From an uncultured virus (IMG/VR IMGVR_UViG_3300045999_004337) (Duplodnaviria > Heunggongvirae > Uroviricota > Caudoviricetes): 64,000 nt of DNA. Under the pieces are notes generated by a model. It did not search any database. It was not told where the DNA came from and saw only the letters and a program-made list of their open reading frames with translations. The DNA lies in the IMG/VR virus record IMGVR_UViG_3300045999_004337; one strand, written 5' to 3'. Shown piece after piece: positions 39,965-48,827 of the stretch (its first letter is position 1; every line of letters begins with the position of its first letter). The translations under genes and the position numbers were made by a program.

Positions 39965-40460
39965 GGTTATACTCCTTCGCTTGGCGGATCAAGGCGATGG
40001 CGTTCGCAGCCCACGCCGCAGCCCGCTTCGCATCCCAAGACGCATCAAACGCCGTATCCGCCGCGCATGCCGCAGCGACCTCCCGCGTCGCTTCCCGACC
40101 TATTCCAGCCGTCGCAGCCCGAGCCACACGCCGCGCCACAGTTCGCGCCGTATCCGCCGCGCACGACGTGCGCTCCTCGCACATGGCTCGCCATGTGTCG
40201 CCGTGTCCATCGCGGTCGGCGAACGGCTGGTACTCCGCGAGTTCGCGCCACATCTCCGCGAGCGGGTCGCTCTGCGCCTTGAGCGCGGCGAGGTCGGCGC
40301 GGAGGCGGGTGATCTCGTCGGCGGCTTCACGCATGAGCGCATGGACATCATCGAACAACTTGGTTGCGGCGCGGTCGGTTTCCAAAGAGCCGAACTGGTC
40401 TTTGCGAACGATGGTTGGACGCATCCGCAGCCTCGTCACAATGTCGTTTGGGTCGTTCAC
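39951..40460 (-). CDS. Hypothetical Ala-rich protein
   Basis: DIVTRLR, EAADEITRLRADLA; high GC. Confidence 0.65.
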   Translation of the reverse strand: MNDPNDIVTRLRMRPTIVRKDQFGSLETDRAATKLFDDVHALMREAADEITRLRADLAALKAQSDPLAEMWRELAEYQPFADRDGHGDTWRAMCEERTSCAADTARTVARRVARAATAGIGREATREVAAACAADTAFDASWDAKRAAAWAANAIALIRQAKEYNHDST

Positions 40461-40720
40461 GGCTTATCCTCGGCTAGGTCATATGTCTGTGCGAAGATGT
40501 CTGGCTTGCACGGGTAGAACTCACCAGCCACCCCGCGAATGACCCAGTCTCCCTTGCTGACGAGATGATCGCCTTCTAAGGTTTCAATCGTGAATGTGTC
40601 GCCGCGCATGCTGCCTGGCTTCCATTTGGTCAAACCCATTGCCATGATCGCATCAAACGAAACCTGGGTCGCGTTCCATTGAACGGCTTCAACTACGACT
40701 GGCTTTTTCCTGAACTTCAT
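40457..40720 (-). CDS. Conserved phage protein (KFRKKPV..EAVQ family)
   Basis: IETLEG, GDWVIRG..GEFYPCKPDIF..TY. Confidence 0.85.
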   Translation of the reverse strand: MKFRKKPVVVEAVQWNATQVSFDAIMAMGLTKWKPGSMRGDTFTIETLEGDHLVSKGDWVIRGVAGEFYPCKPDIFAQTYDLAEDKP

Positions 40721-40758
40721 CGCTTTTCCTCCTTCTTGAAGCAGTGCCAGCCGCTCAT
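40717..40758 (-). CDS. 13-aa minigene MSGWHCFKKEEKR
   Basis: ATGA overlap at both ends; GGAGGA upstream. Confidence 0.45.
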   Translation of the reverse strand: MSGWHCFKKEEKR

Positions 40759-41096
40759 CGCTGCTCCTCCTTGAACTCATCTGGGTAGATCATTGCAAGA
40801 GCATCCGTAAAGTCCTCACACACCTTGCAAACACCAATGTCAGGTCTCAGGGCATAGCCACAAATATGATTTGGGACAGGCTGTGTGGGGAGCATACTTT
40901 CCTGCACTACATCGACAACAGACTTCAGAAGCCGCCGCGCCTCGTCGCGCTCGGCGGTCACGCGGGCGAGGTCGGCGCGGAGCGTGGCGTTGGTCAGCCA
41001 TGCCTCCGCAAGGCTCGCATTCAGTTCCGCGATTCGTTCTTTCGCCGCCCAACACTCGCCATAGCACTGCTCCTCCAGCGTGCGTTCGCCGCTCAT
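40755..41096 (-). CDS. Hypothetical protein with AERDEARR motif
   Basis: LRADLARVTAERDEARR; ATGA coupling. Confidence 0.7.
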   Translation of the reverse strand: MSGERTLEEQCYGECWAAKERIAELNASLAEAWLTNATLRADLARVTAERDEARRLLKSVVDVVQESMLPTQPVPNHICGYALRPDIGVCKVCEDFTDALAMIYPDEFKEEQR

Positions 41097-41362
41097 CGCC
41101 CCTCCTTCGCGAAGCAGTCCCAGCCGCGATTAGCAGCGATTACCTCTGGCGAGGTCGGCTTAGACAGAAGATCTGCCCGCGCCTCGCAGTACTCCCGCCG
41201 CGCCTCGTCGCGGTCGGCGATTGCCTCGTCGCGCTCGGCAAGAGCCGCACGGATCGCCGCTGCAAACTCCTCGACGAACTCTGGACCCAACTTCAGCGAC
41301 CCCACACGAGACTCCATCATCTCGCAGCCTACCTCAATGATCGCCCGTTGATTCTCGGTCAT
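41093..41362 (-). CDS. Hypothetical protein with AERDEA/RDEARR motif
   Basis: GGAGG RBS; ends RGWDCFAKEGR. Confidence 0.7.
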   Translation of the reverse strand: MTENQRAIIEVGCEMMESRVGSLKLGPEFVEEFAAAIRAALAERDEAIADRDEARREYCEARADLLSKPTSPEVIAANRGWDCFAKEGR

Positions 41363-41463
41363 GACTGCACCTCCTCGAGGAAGCATCCTCGTTCTTCGCT
41401 TTGTGTTGCTGAAATATACCCTCAGACCGAAGCATTTCGTCTATCTCGTCAGGAATGTATTCC

Positions 41464-42414
41464 TCATTTCTTGAACTCGCACGAAACCATCAGTTCGCTG
41501 ATGCAAGCCATCGTGTTGATCTCCTGATCCGCAGCGAACGCAGCCTTGTACTGGTAGTCTGCCAAGGTCAGGATAGCCTGTGGGATCGACTGCGGCTCAA
41601 GGACATCGTAGATGCAGTCGTAGATAGAACGGAACATACCGACATGGTCGTTGTCGATGTTGCTTGCCACCCACTTTCGGATGTTGCCGAACTCCCTCTT
41701 CTTCATGAAGCCGATGAGGTCGTTCACCTTCTCCGAGGATGTGGTTCCAAGGATGCCGACATCCACCTTGCCACCCAAGGCATACTTCTGAAGGTCGTTG
41801 ATGGTTCGCCTGAAGTCAGGGAACCTGCGCATGACGAGTTCTGCCACCACCTTGTTGTCATACTCTATGTCCTCAGCCTCAAGGATGGAGCATATCCGCT
41901 TGTGCATGCGCTTTGCCATGATCGGCTTCTCCGCAGCGGGAATGCGGAAGTCGATCACCGTGCATCGGGAGTGCAGAGGCTGGATGATGCGGTTCTTGTA
42001 GTTGCAGGTGAGGATGAAGCGGCAGTTCTTGGAGAACTCCTCCATGAAGCCACGGAGTGCTGGCTGCATGGACTGCGGATTGGAGTAGTCGAACTCGTCA
42101 AGGATCACCACCTTGTTCCCGCCGCTGAACGAAACGGAACTCGCGAACTCGCGGATCCTCGTCCGCAAGGTGTCGATGTTTCCGTCCTCGGAGCAGTTGA
42201 TGAGGATCCAGTCGCATCCCATCTCGTCGCACAGAGCCTTGGCAACCGTGGTCTTTCCCACGCCAGGACCACCGCAGAGAAGGAGGTTCTGAACCTGACC
42301 CTCCCGTATCATGGCATCGAATGTCTCCTGAATGGACTGAGGAAGGACGCAGTCCGCTATTCGGCGGGGTCTGTATTTCTCACACCACAGGTATTCGTCT
42401 GCTGAGAGCAGCAT
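41464..42414 (-). CDS. 44: Clamp-loader large subunit gp44
   Basis: WCEKYRP, GGPGVGKTT, LDEFD, LHSRC. Confidence 0.97.
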   Translation of the reverse strand: MLLSADEYLWCEKYRPRRIADCVLPQSIQETFDAMIREGQVQNLLLCGGPGVGKTTVAKALCDEMGCDWILINCSEDGNIDTLRTRIREFASSVSFSGGNKVVILDEFDYSNPQSMQPALRGFMEEFSKNCRFILTCNYKNRIIQPLHSRCTVIDFRIPAAEKPIMAKRMHKRICSILEAEDIEYDNKVVAELVMRRFPDFRRTINDLQKYALGGKVDVGILGTTSSEKVNDLIGFMKKREFGNIRKWVASNIDNDHVGMFRSIYDCIYDVLEPQSIPQAILTLADYQYKAAFAADQEINTMACISELMVSCEFKK

Positions 42415-42427
42415 CGTATGGTTCCTT

Positions 42428-43108
42428 TCAGGACTTGGATGTCTCGGGGCGCAATGCGATCCAGTATGAAACGCCGTTCTTGGTTCCCGTGAACTTTGCC
42501 ACGGATATCTGACCGATCCCGATCTGCACCACATAGTCGTCGGGAATCATCTTCAGGAGATCGATGTCGATGAACGCGGAGAACTTCTCGTTTCCCGTGT
42601 TGGGATCAATGGTCTTGCTGTAGCGGTTGCTGGAACTATCGAGACCGACCTTTCGGTCGAACGCGACGATTTCGATTCCCGACTTCTTGTTTCTGATGCA
42701 GAGCGCGTCCAGTTGGAGGACTGACGCTGCCTTCTGAATCTCCGATATCTCCGTGGATGAGAGAGGGAACTCAGCCACGATGTCTGGCATTCGGCTGATC
42801 GACTTAGCCTTCTCGACCAGTTTCTCCTCCGCATAGTAATACTCGACCGCGCTTCCCTTGGAGTCCAAGGAGACGAACTTGTCGTCGAAGGAGTAGTCGG
42901 GATCCGTGAACAGGCTTGTGGTGGCAATGAACTTGCCGAGATCGAAGATGGCAAACGGCTTCGGGAAGTCCTCGTCCACCTTGACCTCTGCCACGATGTT
43001 CCTGGCATTGGACATTGTGCGTATGGTGTTGCCCGCGTCCACATAGATGGACGAGCGGATGCCCGAAAAGTTCTTCAGGATGTCGAATGTCTTCTTGCTA
43101 ATCTTCAT
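42428..43108 (-). CDS. 45: Sliding clamp gp45
   Basis: MKISK.T..ILKNFS.I, FAIFDL..F, YWIAL. Confidence 0.93.
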   Translation of the reverse strand: MKISKKTFDILKNFSGIRSSIYVDAGNTIRTMSNARNIVAEVKVDEDFPKPFAIFDLGKFIATTSLFTDPDYSFDDKFVSLDSKGSAVEYYYAEEKLVEKAKSISRMPDIVAEFPLSSTEISEIQKAASVLQLDALCIRNKKSGIEIVAFDRKVGLDSSSNRYSKTIDPNTGNEKFSAFIDIDLLKMIPDDYVVQIGIGQISVAKFTGTKNGVSYWIALRPETSKS

Positions 43109-43302
43109 TTCGTTTTCTCCTCATCGTCAAGATCGTCAATCGCGTCATAGATATCTTCTCCACCATTCAGCATGTCCTTGAGATCCCTCAGGTGGTGCTT
43201 GGTCTCATGCCGTCTCTTCTGCCTCTCCTGCTTCCTCCCGTTGGGGGATATCTTCCTTCGGTCGAAGCCGTCGAAGTCGGAGTCGTGCCAGTCCCTGCTC
43301 AC
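43105..43302 (-). CDS. Small hypothetical protein
   Basis: Coupled ORF immediately upstream of gp45. Confidence 0.65.
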   Translation of the reverse strand: MSRDWHDSDFDGFDRRKISPNGRKQERQKRRHETKHHLRDLKDMLNGGEDIYDAIDDLDDEEKTK

Positions 43303-43730
43303 TTCTCATCCTCCTCTGCGTCAGAGAGGTAGTCTACACCGAATGTCTCTTCGATCAAGTGCTTTCTCATGTCTTCTCCGTAAATCTTTAGAGGAACATA
43401 GTTGCTGAACCCAGGCATCTCCCTTGGACAATATGCCCGTGGGTAGTCTAGTTTGGAGTAGTGCTTTTCATCCAGATTCACCAGTTGCGTGTCGCGGAAG
43501 TCCCCGCAGTTGCAGTCGTCGCAGATGTATGACTTCTGAAACTTATCGCTGATCCTTCTTGCGGGGCATGGAGGTATGCTGAGTTCCTCCGATCCATGGC
43601 ACGATATGTCCCGTATCTCGCGGATCTCCTTCTCCACCCTCGTCCCAAGGAACCCCCTGGAAGCATAGGCATCTGCCACCTGCCATGCCTTCTGAAATAT
43701 CCCCTTGAGGTATCTGCTCCTGTCCATCAC
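43299..43730 (-). CDS. Cys-rich hypothetical protein
   Basis: SCHG, PCP, CDDCNCGD, CP.EMPGF. Confidence 0.7.
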   Translation of the reverse strand: MMDRSRYLKGIFQKAWQVADAYASRGFLGTRVEKEIREIRDISCHGSEELSIPPCPARRISDKFQKSYICDDCNCGDFRDTQLVNLDEKHYSKLDYPRAYCPREMPGFSNYVPLKIYGEDMRKHLIEETFGVDYLSDAEEDEK

Positions 43731-45451
43731 GACATCATCCTGGAGAAGTTGTTCTTCTTCTTGAAGGTGAGGACTTCCTGGAACTTGTCTATCAACTGAT
43801 CGCTCTTGTGCGATATCACGAAGATGTTGCAGCGGGAACCAAGTCCCTTCAGCAACTTCATGAACTCGTCCATTCCCGTTCCATCCAGACTTGAGTCGAA
43901 CACCTCGTCAAGGACAAGAAGGTTGCAGTTCGTGCTGTTCTTCAATCGTGCAACCTCTCTCCATGCAAGAAGGAGGGAGAGGTCGATGCGCATCTTCTCT
44001 CCCTCGCTGAAGGAGGAATAGGTGAACTCGTCCCTGTGCCTCGACTTGATGGTCTCCTCGAAGTTCTCGTCTAGGTTGAACTGCACGAAGAAGTCCATGG
44101 AGGACAGGTAGTGGTTTATCATTTTGTTCATGACGGGAAGGTAGTGGCGGATCACCTTCGTCTTGATGCCCGTGTCCTTCAGCACCACCTGTGCATTGGA
44201 AAGGATGCCCTGCTCCTTCTGCTTCGCTGCCAACTCGTTTTCCATGGCAAGCATCTCACCCTCAAGCGCATCCAAGGCATCCTGCTCCTGCTGCATGGAA
44301 TCACGCGACTTGCGTATCTTATCCGCATCCGCCCGCAGCCTGTCGAGCATCTTCTCAGCCACCGAGAGTTTGTTCCTGTGCTCGTTCATCACATCGGTCA
44401 TCTTCGCAAACTCCGCATCCACGCCAAGAAGATTGTTGTCTTGGATGAATGCCTCTTCCCTTGATATCCTGGTTCCGATGTCGGACAGAGCGGAGTCTAT
44501 CTGCTCTATCTTGGAGATTCTGTGGGAAATCTCCTTGTCCAGATGATCCTTGTCCAACGGCTTGCCGCAGGAAGGACACATGCTGCCACCCGAAGACAGG
44601 TTCGAGATCTCCTTCTCGACTGAAGTCTTCTTCTTGACGAGAGACGCTTCCAGTTTGCGCATGTCCGTGATCGACTGGTCTTTCTTTCGCTTGATGTCCC
44701 GTCTCTCGTTTATCCTGTGGAGGATGTTGCCGCCCTTCCTGACGGCAGCATCGAGGGACTTCCTGTTCTCCTCGGTCGATGAGATTTCCACCTCAAGTTC
44801 GTCCAGCGAGGAGCGGCTCTTCTCCTCCAGAAGGGCGATGTATTTCCTCTGTGTCTCCATCTTGCTGCCGATGATGGAGATAGTCGTCTCGCAGTTCCTG
44901 ATGTCCTCCCTGTTCGCGGAGACCCTGTTCTTCAGGATGAGGTTCATGGCAGAGAACACGCCGATGTCCAGCAGGGACTCGACTATAGCCCTTCGGTCTG
45001 CCGCAGGTAGCCGCATGAATGGAATGTAGTTGGTGGATCCAAGGATCACCACCTGACAGAATGTCTTGAAGGACATCCTGAGGATCTGCTCCTCTAGCAT
45101 CCTCTGATAGTCCTTGGTCGTGGAATCCTGGTCGATGAGAGTCCCGTTCTTGTGTATCTCAAAGACCTTGGGATTGAGTCCCCTGCGTATCAGGTAGTCG
45201 TTGGAGCCAATGGAGAACTCGCACTCGACAAGGCAGTCCTTGCCGTTGATGCTGTTGGGCAACTGAGGTATGTTGATGTTGCGGTACGGCTTGCCGAAGA
45301 GGCAAAAGCACAAGGCATCAAGGAAAGTGGTCTTTCCTGCCCCGTTCTCCCCGCAGATGAGGGTCATCTCCGTCCTGTCTAGGGAGATCTGCGTGAAGTA
45401 GTTTCCGTATGAAAGGAAGTTCTTGAATCGGATCGTCTTGAATATCAGCAT
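43727..45451 (-). CDS. 46: Recombination nuclease ATPase gp46 (Rad50-like)
   Basis: GENGAGKT, CPSC hook, FSEGE, LDEVFD. Confidence 0.97.
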   Translation of the reverse strand: MLIFKTIRFKNFLSYGNYFTQISLDRTEMTLICGENGAGKTTFLDALCFCLFGKPYRNINIPQLPNSINGKDCLVECEFSIGSNDYLIRRGLNPKVFEIHKNGTLIDQDSTTKDYQRMLEEQILRMSFKTFCQVVILGSTNYIPFMRLPAADRRAIVESLLDIGVFSAMNLILKNRVSANREDIRNCETTISIIGSKMETQRKYIALLEEKSRSSLDELEVEISSTEENRKSLDAAVRKGGNILHRINERRDIKRKKDQSITDMRKLEASLVKKKTSVEKEISNLSSGGSMCPSCGKPLDKDHLDKEISHRISKIEQIDSALSDIGTRISREEAFIQDNNLLGVDAEFAKMTDVMNEHRNKLSVAEKMLDRLRADADKIRKSRDSMQQEQDALDALEGEMLAMENELAAKQKEQGILSNAQVVLKDTGIKTKVIRHYLPVMNKMINHYLSSMDFFVQFNLDENFEETIKSRHRDEFTYSSFSEGEKMRIDLSLLLAWREVARLKNSTNCNLLVLDEVFDSSLDGTGMDEFMKLLKGLGSRCNIFVISHKSDQLIDKFQEVLTFKKKNNFSRMMS

Positions 45452-45468
45452 CCGTCACTCCGACCTAT

Positions 45469-45960
45469 CTATGCCATGACTTCCAGACCAAGCATTGGAT
45501 TCTTGGTAGCGTACCATTCGGGGACATCGGAGTGGTTCCATTTGGCTATCCTGCTCTTGTCACCGAGGTAGTACCTTCTGTACGCAACCACGGGATCTGC
45601 GTCCTTGTACTGCTCGGGCATTGCCTGTGCGAACGGGGTCAGACCGATGTCGGGCAAGGAAGGCAAGTTGATGCCGCACCAGACAAGGACTTCCATGCTC
45701 TTGTGAGTTCGTCCGTAGCGTCTCTCGTATTCGTACTCAAGGGCAATCCCATGCCTATAGAGCCAGATGTAGTTCTGTAGGCTTGCCGAAGTCCATATGG
45801 TGCATGGATGCTTCATGTGGGTCTGCTTGTAGGGAGCGGTTCCCTTGGGATGGGCAGCGCACAGCAACTGAGCCGTCTCAAGGATCATCTTGACGCAGTG
45901 CTTGTCGCACAGATCTCTGGCGGCAGTGATTGGATGGCGGTTGACCACGAAGATGTTCAT
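45469..45960 (-). CDS. Pyrimidine-dimer DNA glycosylase (DenV-family)-like protein
   Basis: MNIF, DKH.VKMILETAQLL, HPCT.W, F.QAMP, AYR.YY; promoter TTGACA-16-TATCAT at 45967-45994. Confidence 0.85.
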   Translation of the reverse strand: MNIFVVNRHPITAARDLCDKHCVKMILETAQLLCAAHPKGTAPYKQTHMKHPCTIWTSASLQNYIWLYRHGIALEYEYERRYGRTHKSMEVLVWCGINLPSLPDIGLTPFAQAMPEQYKDADPVVAYRRYYLGDKSRIAKWNHSDVPEWYATKNPMLGLEVMA

Positions 45961-45990
45961 AGGAGGATGATACAGCAAAAACGACCGATG

Positions 45991-46143
45991 TCAAGCGACA
46001 TTCGGCTTGGGAGGTGTCGGAATGATTGCTTCCCTGGTTCCAGGCTCCCTGATGGTGGATCGCGGCTTGTCGATTCCGGAAAGTCTGCTGTTGACCAGTT
46101 TCACCTTGTAGTTGTTCAGAAGCCTGATGTTCTTCACCTTCAT
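45991..46143 (-). CDS. Small basic hypothetical protein
   Basis: MKVKNIRLLNNY...; ATGA-coupled. Confidence 0.5.
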   Translation of the reverse strand: MKVKNIRLLNNYKVKLVNSRLSGIDKPRSTIREPGTREAIIPTPPKPNVA

Positions 46144-46583
46144 CGGGTCGTCTCCGCATCTATGTCTAGTTTTCCCGTCAGTATCTTTGAGACTATCTCT
46201 CCACCAGCCACCATCTTGAGCATCTCCACCTTGTAGAAGTTTATCCCCGCCTTGAAGGAAGCGGATGATTCCCATGGAATGACCAAGCGGACGAATCCCG
46301 TGTTCCCGCCAACGACGAAGAATCCATCCCGAATCATTTCGTGGGTCGTTCCTGTCTGAAGGACGAAGTTCTGGGTGACACCGCATGAGTAGATGAGGGA
46401 AGACCTGTATTTCGTCCTCCATGCCTTCATGCGGAACCTGTAGTCGCCCAACTCGTAGGTCGATCCCGTGCCTCCGATCAGGTTGGCAAGGGGGATCGGC
46501 TGTAGGTCGTCATCATAGACCTTGAACTCAAGGACGAAGGTGGAACCCTGGTCGAGATGGTAGTCTGCGTTCATGCTTGCCAC
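46140..46583 (-). CDS. Hypothetical beta-sandwich protein, paralog of 46587-47015
   Basis: D..LDQG.TF.L.F...KILTGK. Confidence 0.7.
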   Translation of the reverse strand: MASMNADYHLDQGSTFVLEFKVYDDDLQPIPLANLIGGTGSTYELGDYRFRMKAWRTKYRSSLIYSCGVTQNFVLQTGTTHEMIRDGFFVVGGNTGFVRLVIPWESSASFKAGINFYKVEMLKMVAGGEIVSKILTGKLDIDAETTR

Positions 46584-46586
46584 AGG

Positions 46587-47015
46587 TCACTCTCCATCCG
46601 CTATGGGGGTTATCTTGCCGACCATTATCTTGGTAGCCTCGTAGGTCGATCCCTTGTAGTCCCTGACCTCTATCTCGTAGTCAAGGAGCATCCCGTGCTT
46701 GAGCAAGGATGTGGTGGCATCGCTCATGACGAACATGACCCGCCCAGGAAGAGACTGAAAGACATAGAAGCCATCGGCTGTGGTTCCATCGTCCGCACCC
46801 GCGCCAGTTCCCAGCATCGTCACGCCGGAGATGTTCACCAGTGACAAGGTGGAGCCGCTGTGCTTGCTCCTGCGGCAGTTCATGGCGAACGAATACGAGC
46901 CTATGGCATCGTTGACCACCGTGCCAAGGGAGTTGCCGCCGTCTTCAGTCAGGTCGAACTGAAGGATGAAATGCGTCCCCTGCTCTATGCGGAAGTCCCT
47001 GGTCTCAAGTGCCAT
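46587..47015 (-). CDS. Hypothetical beta-sandwich protein (possibly baseplate/tail-associated)
   Basis: DF.IEQG..F.L.F, YEIE, KIMVGKI. Confidence 0.7.
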   Translation of the reverse strand: MALETRDFRIEQGTHFILQFDLTEDGGNSLGTVVNDAIGSYSFAMNCRRSKHSGSTLSLVNISGVTMLGTGAGADDGTTADGFYVFQSLPGRVMFVMSDATTSLLKHGMLLDYEIEVRDYKGSTYEATKIMVGKITPIADGE

Positions 47016-47030
47016 CGGTTTTCCTCGGGA

Positions 47031-48782
47031 TCAATACTTGCACTTCCTGCCTTCAGGACAGGACTTCGTGGAACCACCCTTGCCAGCCCAGAGGTCTTTG
47101 CAAGCCCAATGCTGCGCACCCAACTTGGTCTTCTTCTCTTCACAGGAGTGGCGGGCGCGGAACGACTTCCTTGCGGCAGGAGAATAGTTGTGACCGTATC
47201 CCTTAGCCCCGTAGTGGATGATCTTCTCCTGACCACCCTCGCATGCCTTCACCATCTTCTTCTTCCCTGGACTGGTGGAAGCCCTTGGCTTGTTGCAGGG
47301 CATGCTTTCCTTGTCAACGGCTTCCGTGACCTTCCTGCCCATGCGGACGGGCTTGCCATCGGCTGTGGTCAACTTCCTGCCGCCAAGGAGTTCGGAGATC
47401 TTCTTGCCTGACTCAAGCCCCTTGAGGAACTGCTCGTCCTTCCAGTCGCGGGACTTCTGCTTGTTGACCTTCTTGGTCTTGCCTTCCTTGATCTGACGGA
47501 GGATGGAGTCCTTGTTCAGGAACTCCGAGAACACCTTCTTCTCCTCGTTGACGGACTTCCACTTGCCGCCCTTGCGCTTGTAGCACTGGGCAGCCCATCC
47601 GTTGGCATAGGCAGAGTTTCCTGTAATGGTGATGAACCCATTCTGTATCATCACCCATGTATTGTTTTCTGTCTCTGGACACCAAACTGCTTCGTTGTCC
47701 ACTTGCGTGAACTTGACATTTTGAAGAGAATGGTGCTTCTTGTTTCTGATGATAGTCGCTCCCCTCATTCCGACAGAATCGCCAGCCTTCTTATCTCTAT
47801 ATGAGACATGATACCCATTGAGGTAAGCCGCCAGAATGGCAGACCAGAAGTGATCTTCGTTCTTCTGTGAAAACCCTAGAGTGTGTCTTCCTGTGATCTT
47901 GGTGCTGACACCCTGATCATGACCATCATAGACTATCGCGCTTGCAAGGAACACCTCACGCTGATCCTTGCTCATTCCCAAAACCCTTTCCGTCCACAGA
48001 TCTCTCTTAGACCATTCGGATAGTTGCTGCGACGAAGTAGTATCTTCTAGGACAGCACAAGTTACTATTCTCTTGTGGTTCTTCCTAGCCAGTATCTCTT
48101 GTGTTTCCAAAAGTTCCGTTTTCACAAACTTTTCACCGCGATCTATGCCATATTGTACAACCCACTTGTGGTTTGGGGTGCAACGAATCTTGAAACCAGT
48201 AGGCTTCTTCATCTCAACCAATGGTGCATCTTCAAAATCGTGAAGATTGAGGATAGGCTTCCATTCCAACCTATCCTTTTCGATGTTGTATGTGAGAATC
48301 TCATCACCAACCTTGAGTTCATCTCTATAGGCAGGACCAAATCGAGTCACAGCCATGGAATCCAAAGGAACACATGGATACACATCGAACTTTGCCTTAG
48401 CCTGTCTGATGCAGTCTGCCCAAAGGTCGGGGCTTGTCGGCTTGTTCTTCTCTAGGAGGAGATCCATGGACTCAATCAGTCCGTTGGCTGCATCGATCTC
48501 ATACTCCTCGCTGATCTTTCCCTTGCCGTAATTTGAGACCATGATGGGCTGTCCTTTCCTCTCTGGATTCGGATCGTGCTTCCTCTTGGTGCGGACGGCA
48601 GAAGCCCTCTGATTCTTGGTCAGGCTAGCCCTCTTGGCATTCGACATGCACTTTGGCTTTGGCTCTCCAGGCTCCCTTGCGCATGGACCTATTGCCTCGC
48701 CCTTTGAGTTTATGCGTTTCCAACCACCCTTGGGGTGGGTGGGGCTAAACCAGTCCCGTAGGTCTTCCTGTAGTGTCTTCAT
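47031..48782 (-). CDS. Modular basic protein of T4-like phages (DUF5872/DUF6321-like modules) with intein
   Basis: EDLRDWF..GGW, KFDVYP/SAYANGW, ARKSFRARH.C; ATACATA at 48804-48810. Confidence 0.8.
   Translation of the reverse strand: MKTLQEDLRDWFSPTHPKGGWKRINSKGEAIGPCAREPGEPKPKCMSNAKRASLTKNQRASAVRTKRKHDPNPERKGQPIMVSNYGKGKISEEYEIDAANGLIESMDLLLEKNKPTSPDLWADCIRQAKAKFDVYPCVPLDSMAVTRFGPAYRDELKVGDEILTYNIEKDRLEWKPILNLHDFEDAPLVEMKKPTGFKIRCTPNHKWVVQYGIDRGEKFVKTELLETQEILARKNHKRIVTCAVLEDTTSSQQLSEWSKRDLWTERVLGMSKDQREVFLASAIVYDGHDQGVSTKITGRHTLGFSQKNEDHFWSAILAAYLNGYHVSYRDKKAGDSVGMRGATIIRNKKHHSLQNVKFTQVDNEAVWCPETENNTWVMIQNGFITITGNSAYANGWAAQCYKRKGGKWKSVNEEKKVFSEFLNKDSILRQIKEGKTKKVNKQKSRDWKDEQFLKGLESGKKISELLGGRKLTTADGKPVRMGRKVTEAVDKESMPCNKPRASTSPGKKKMVKACEGGQEKIIHYGAKGYGHNYSPAARKSFRARHSCEEKKTKLGAQHWACKDLWAGKGGSTKSCPEGRKCKY
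47616..48374 (-). mobile_element. Intein (253 aa) with degenerate endonuclease
   Basis: P|CVPLDS, LKVGD, CTPNHKW, VWCPET, ITGN|S; lower GC. Confidence 0.88.
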
Positions 48783-48827
48783 GCTCCGCACCCTCTGTTC
48801 CAATATGTATCAGAACGCGGAAAGGGG

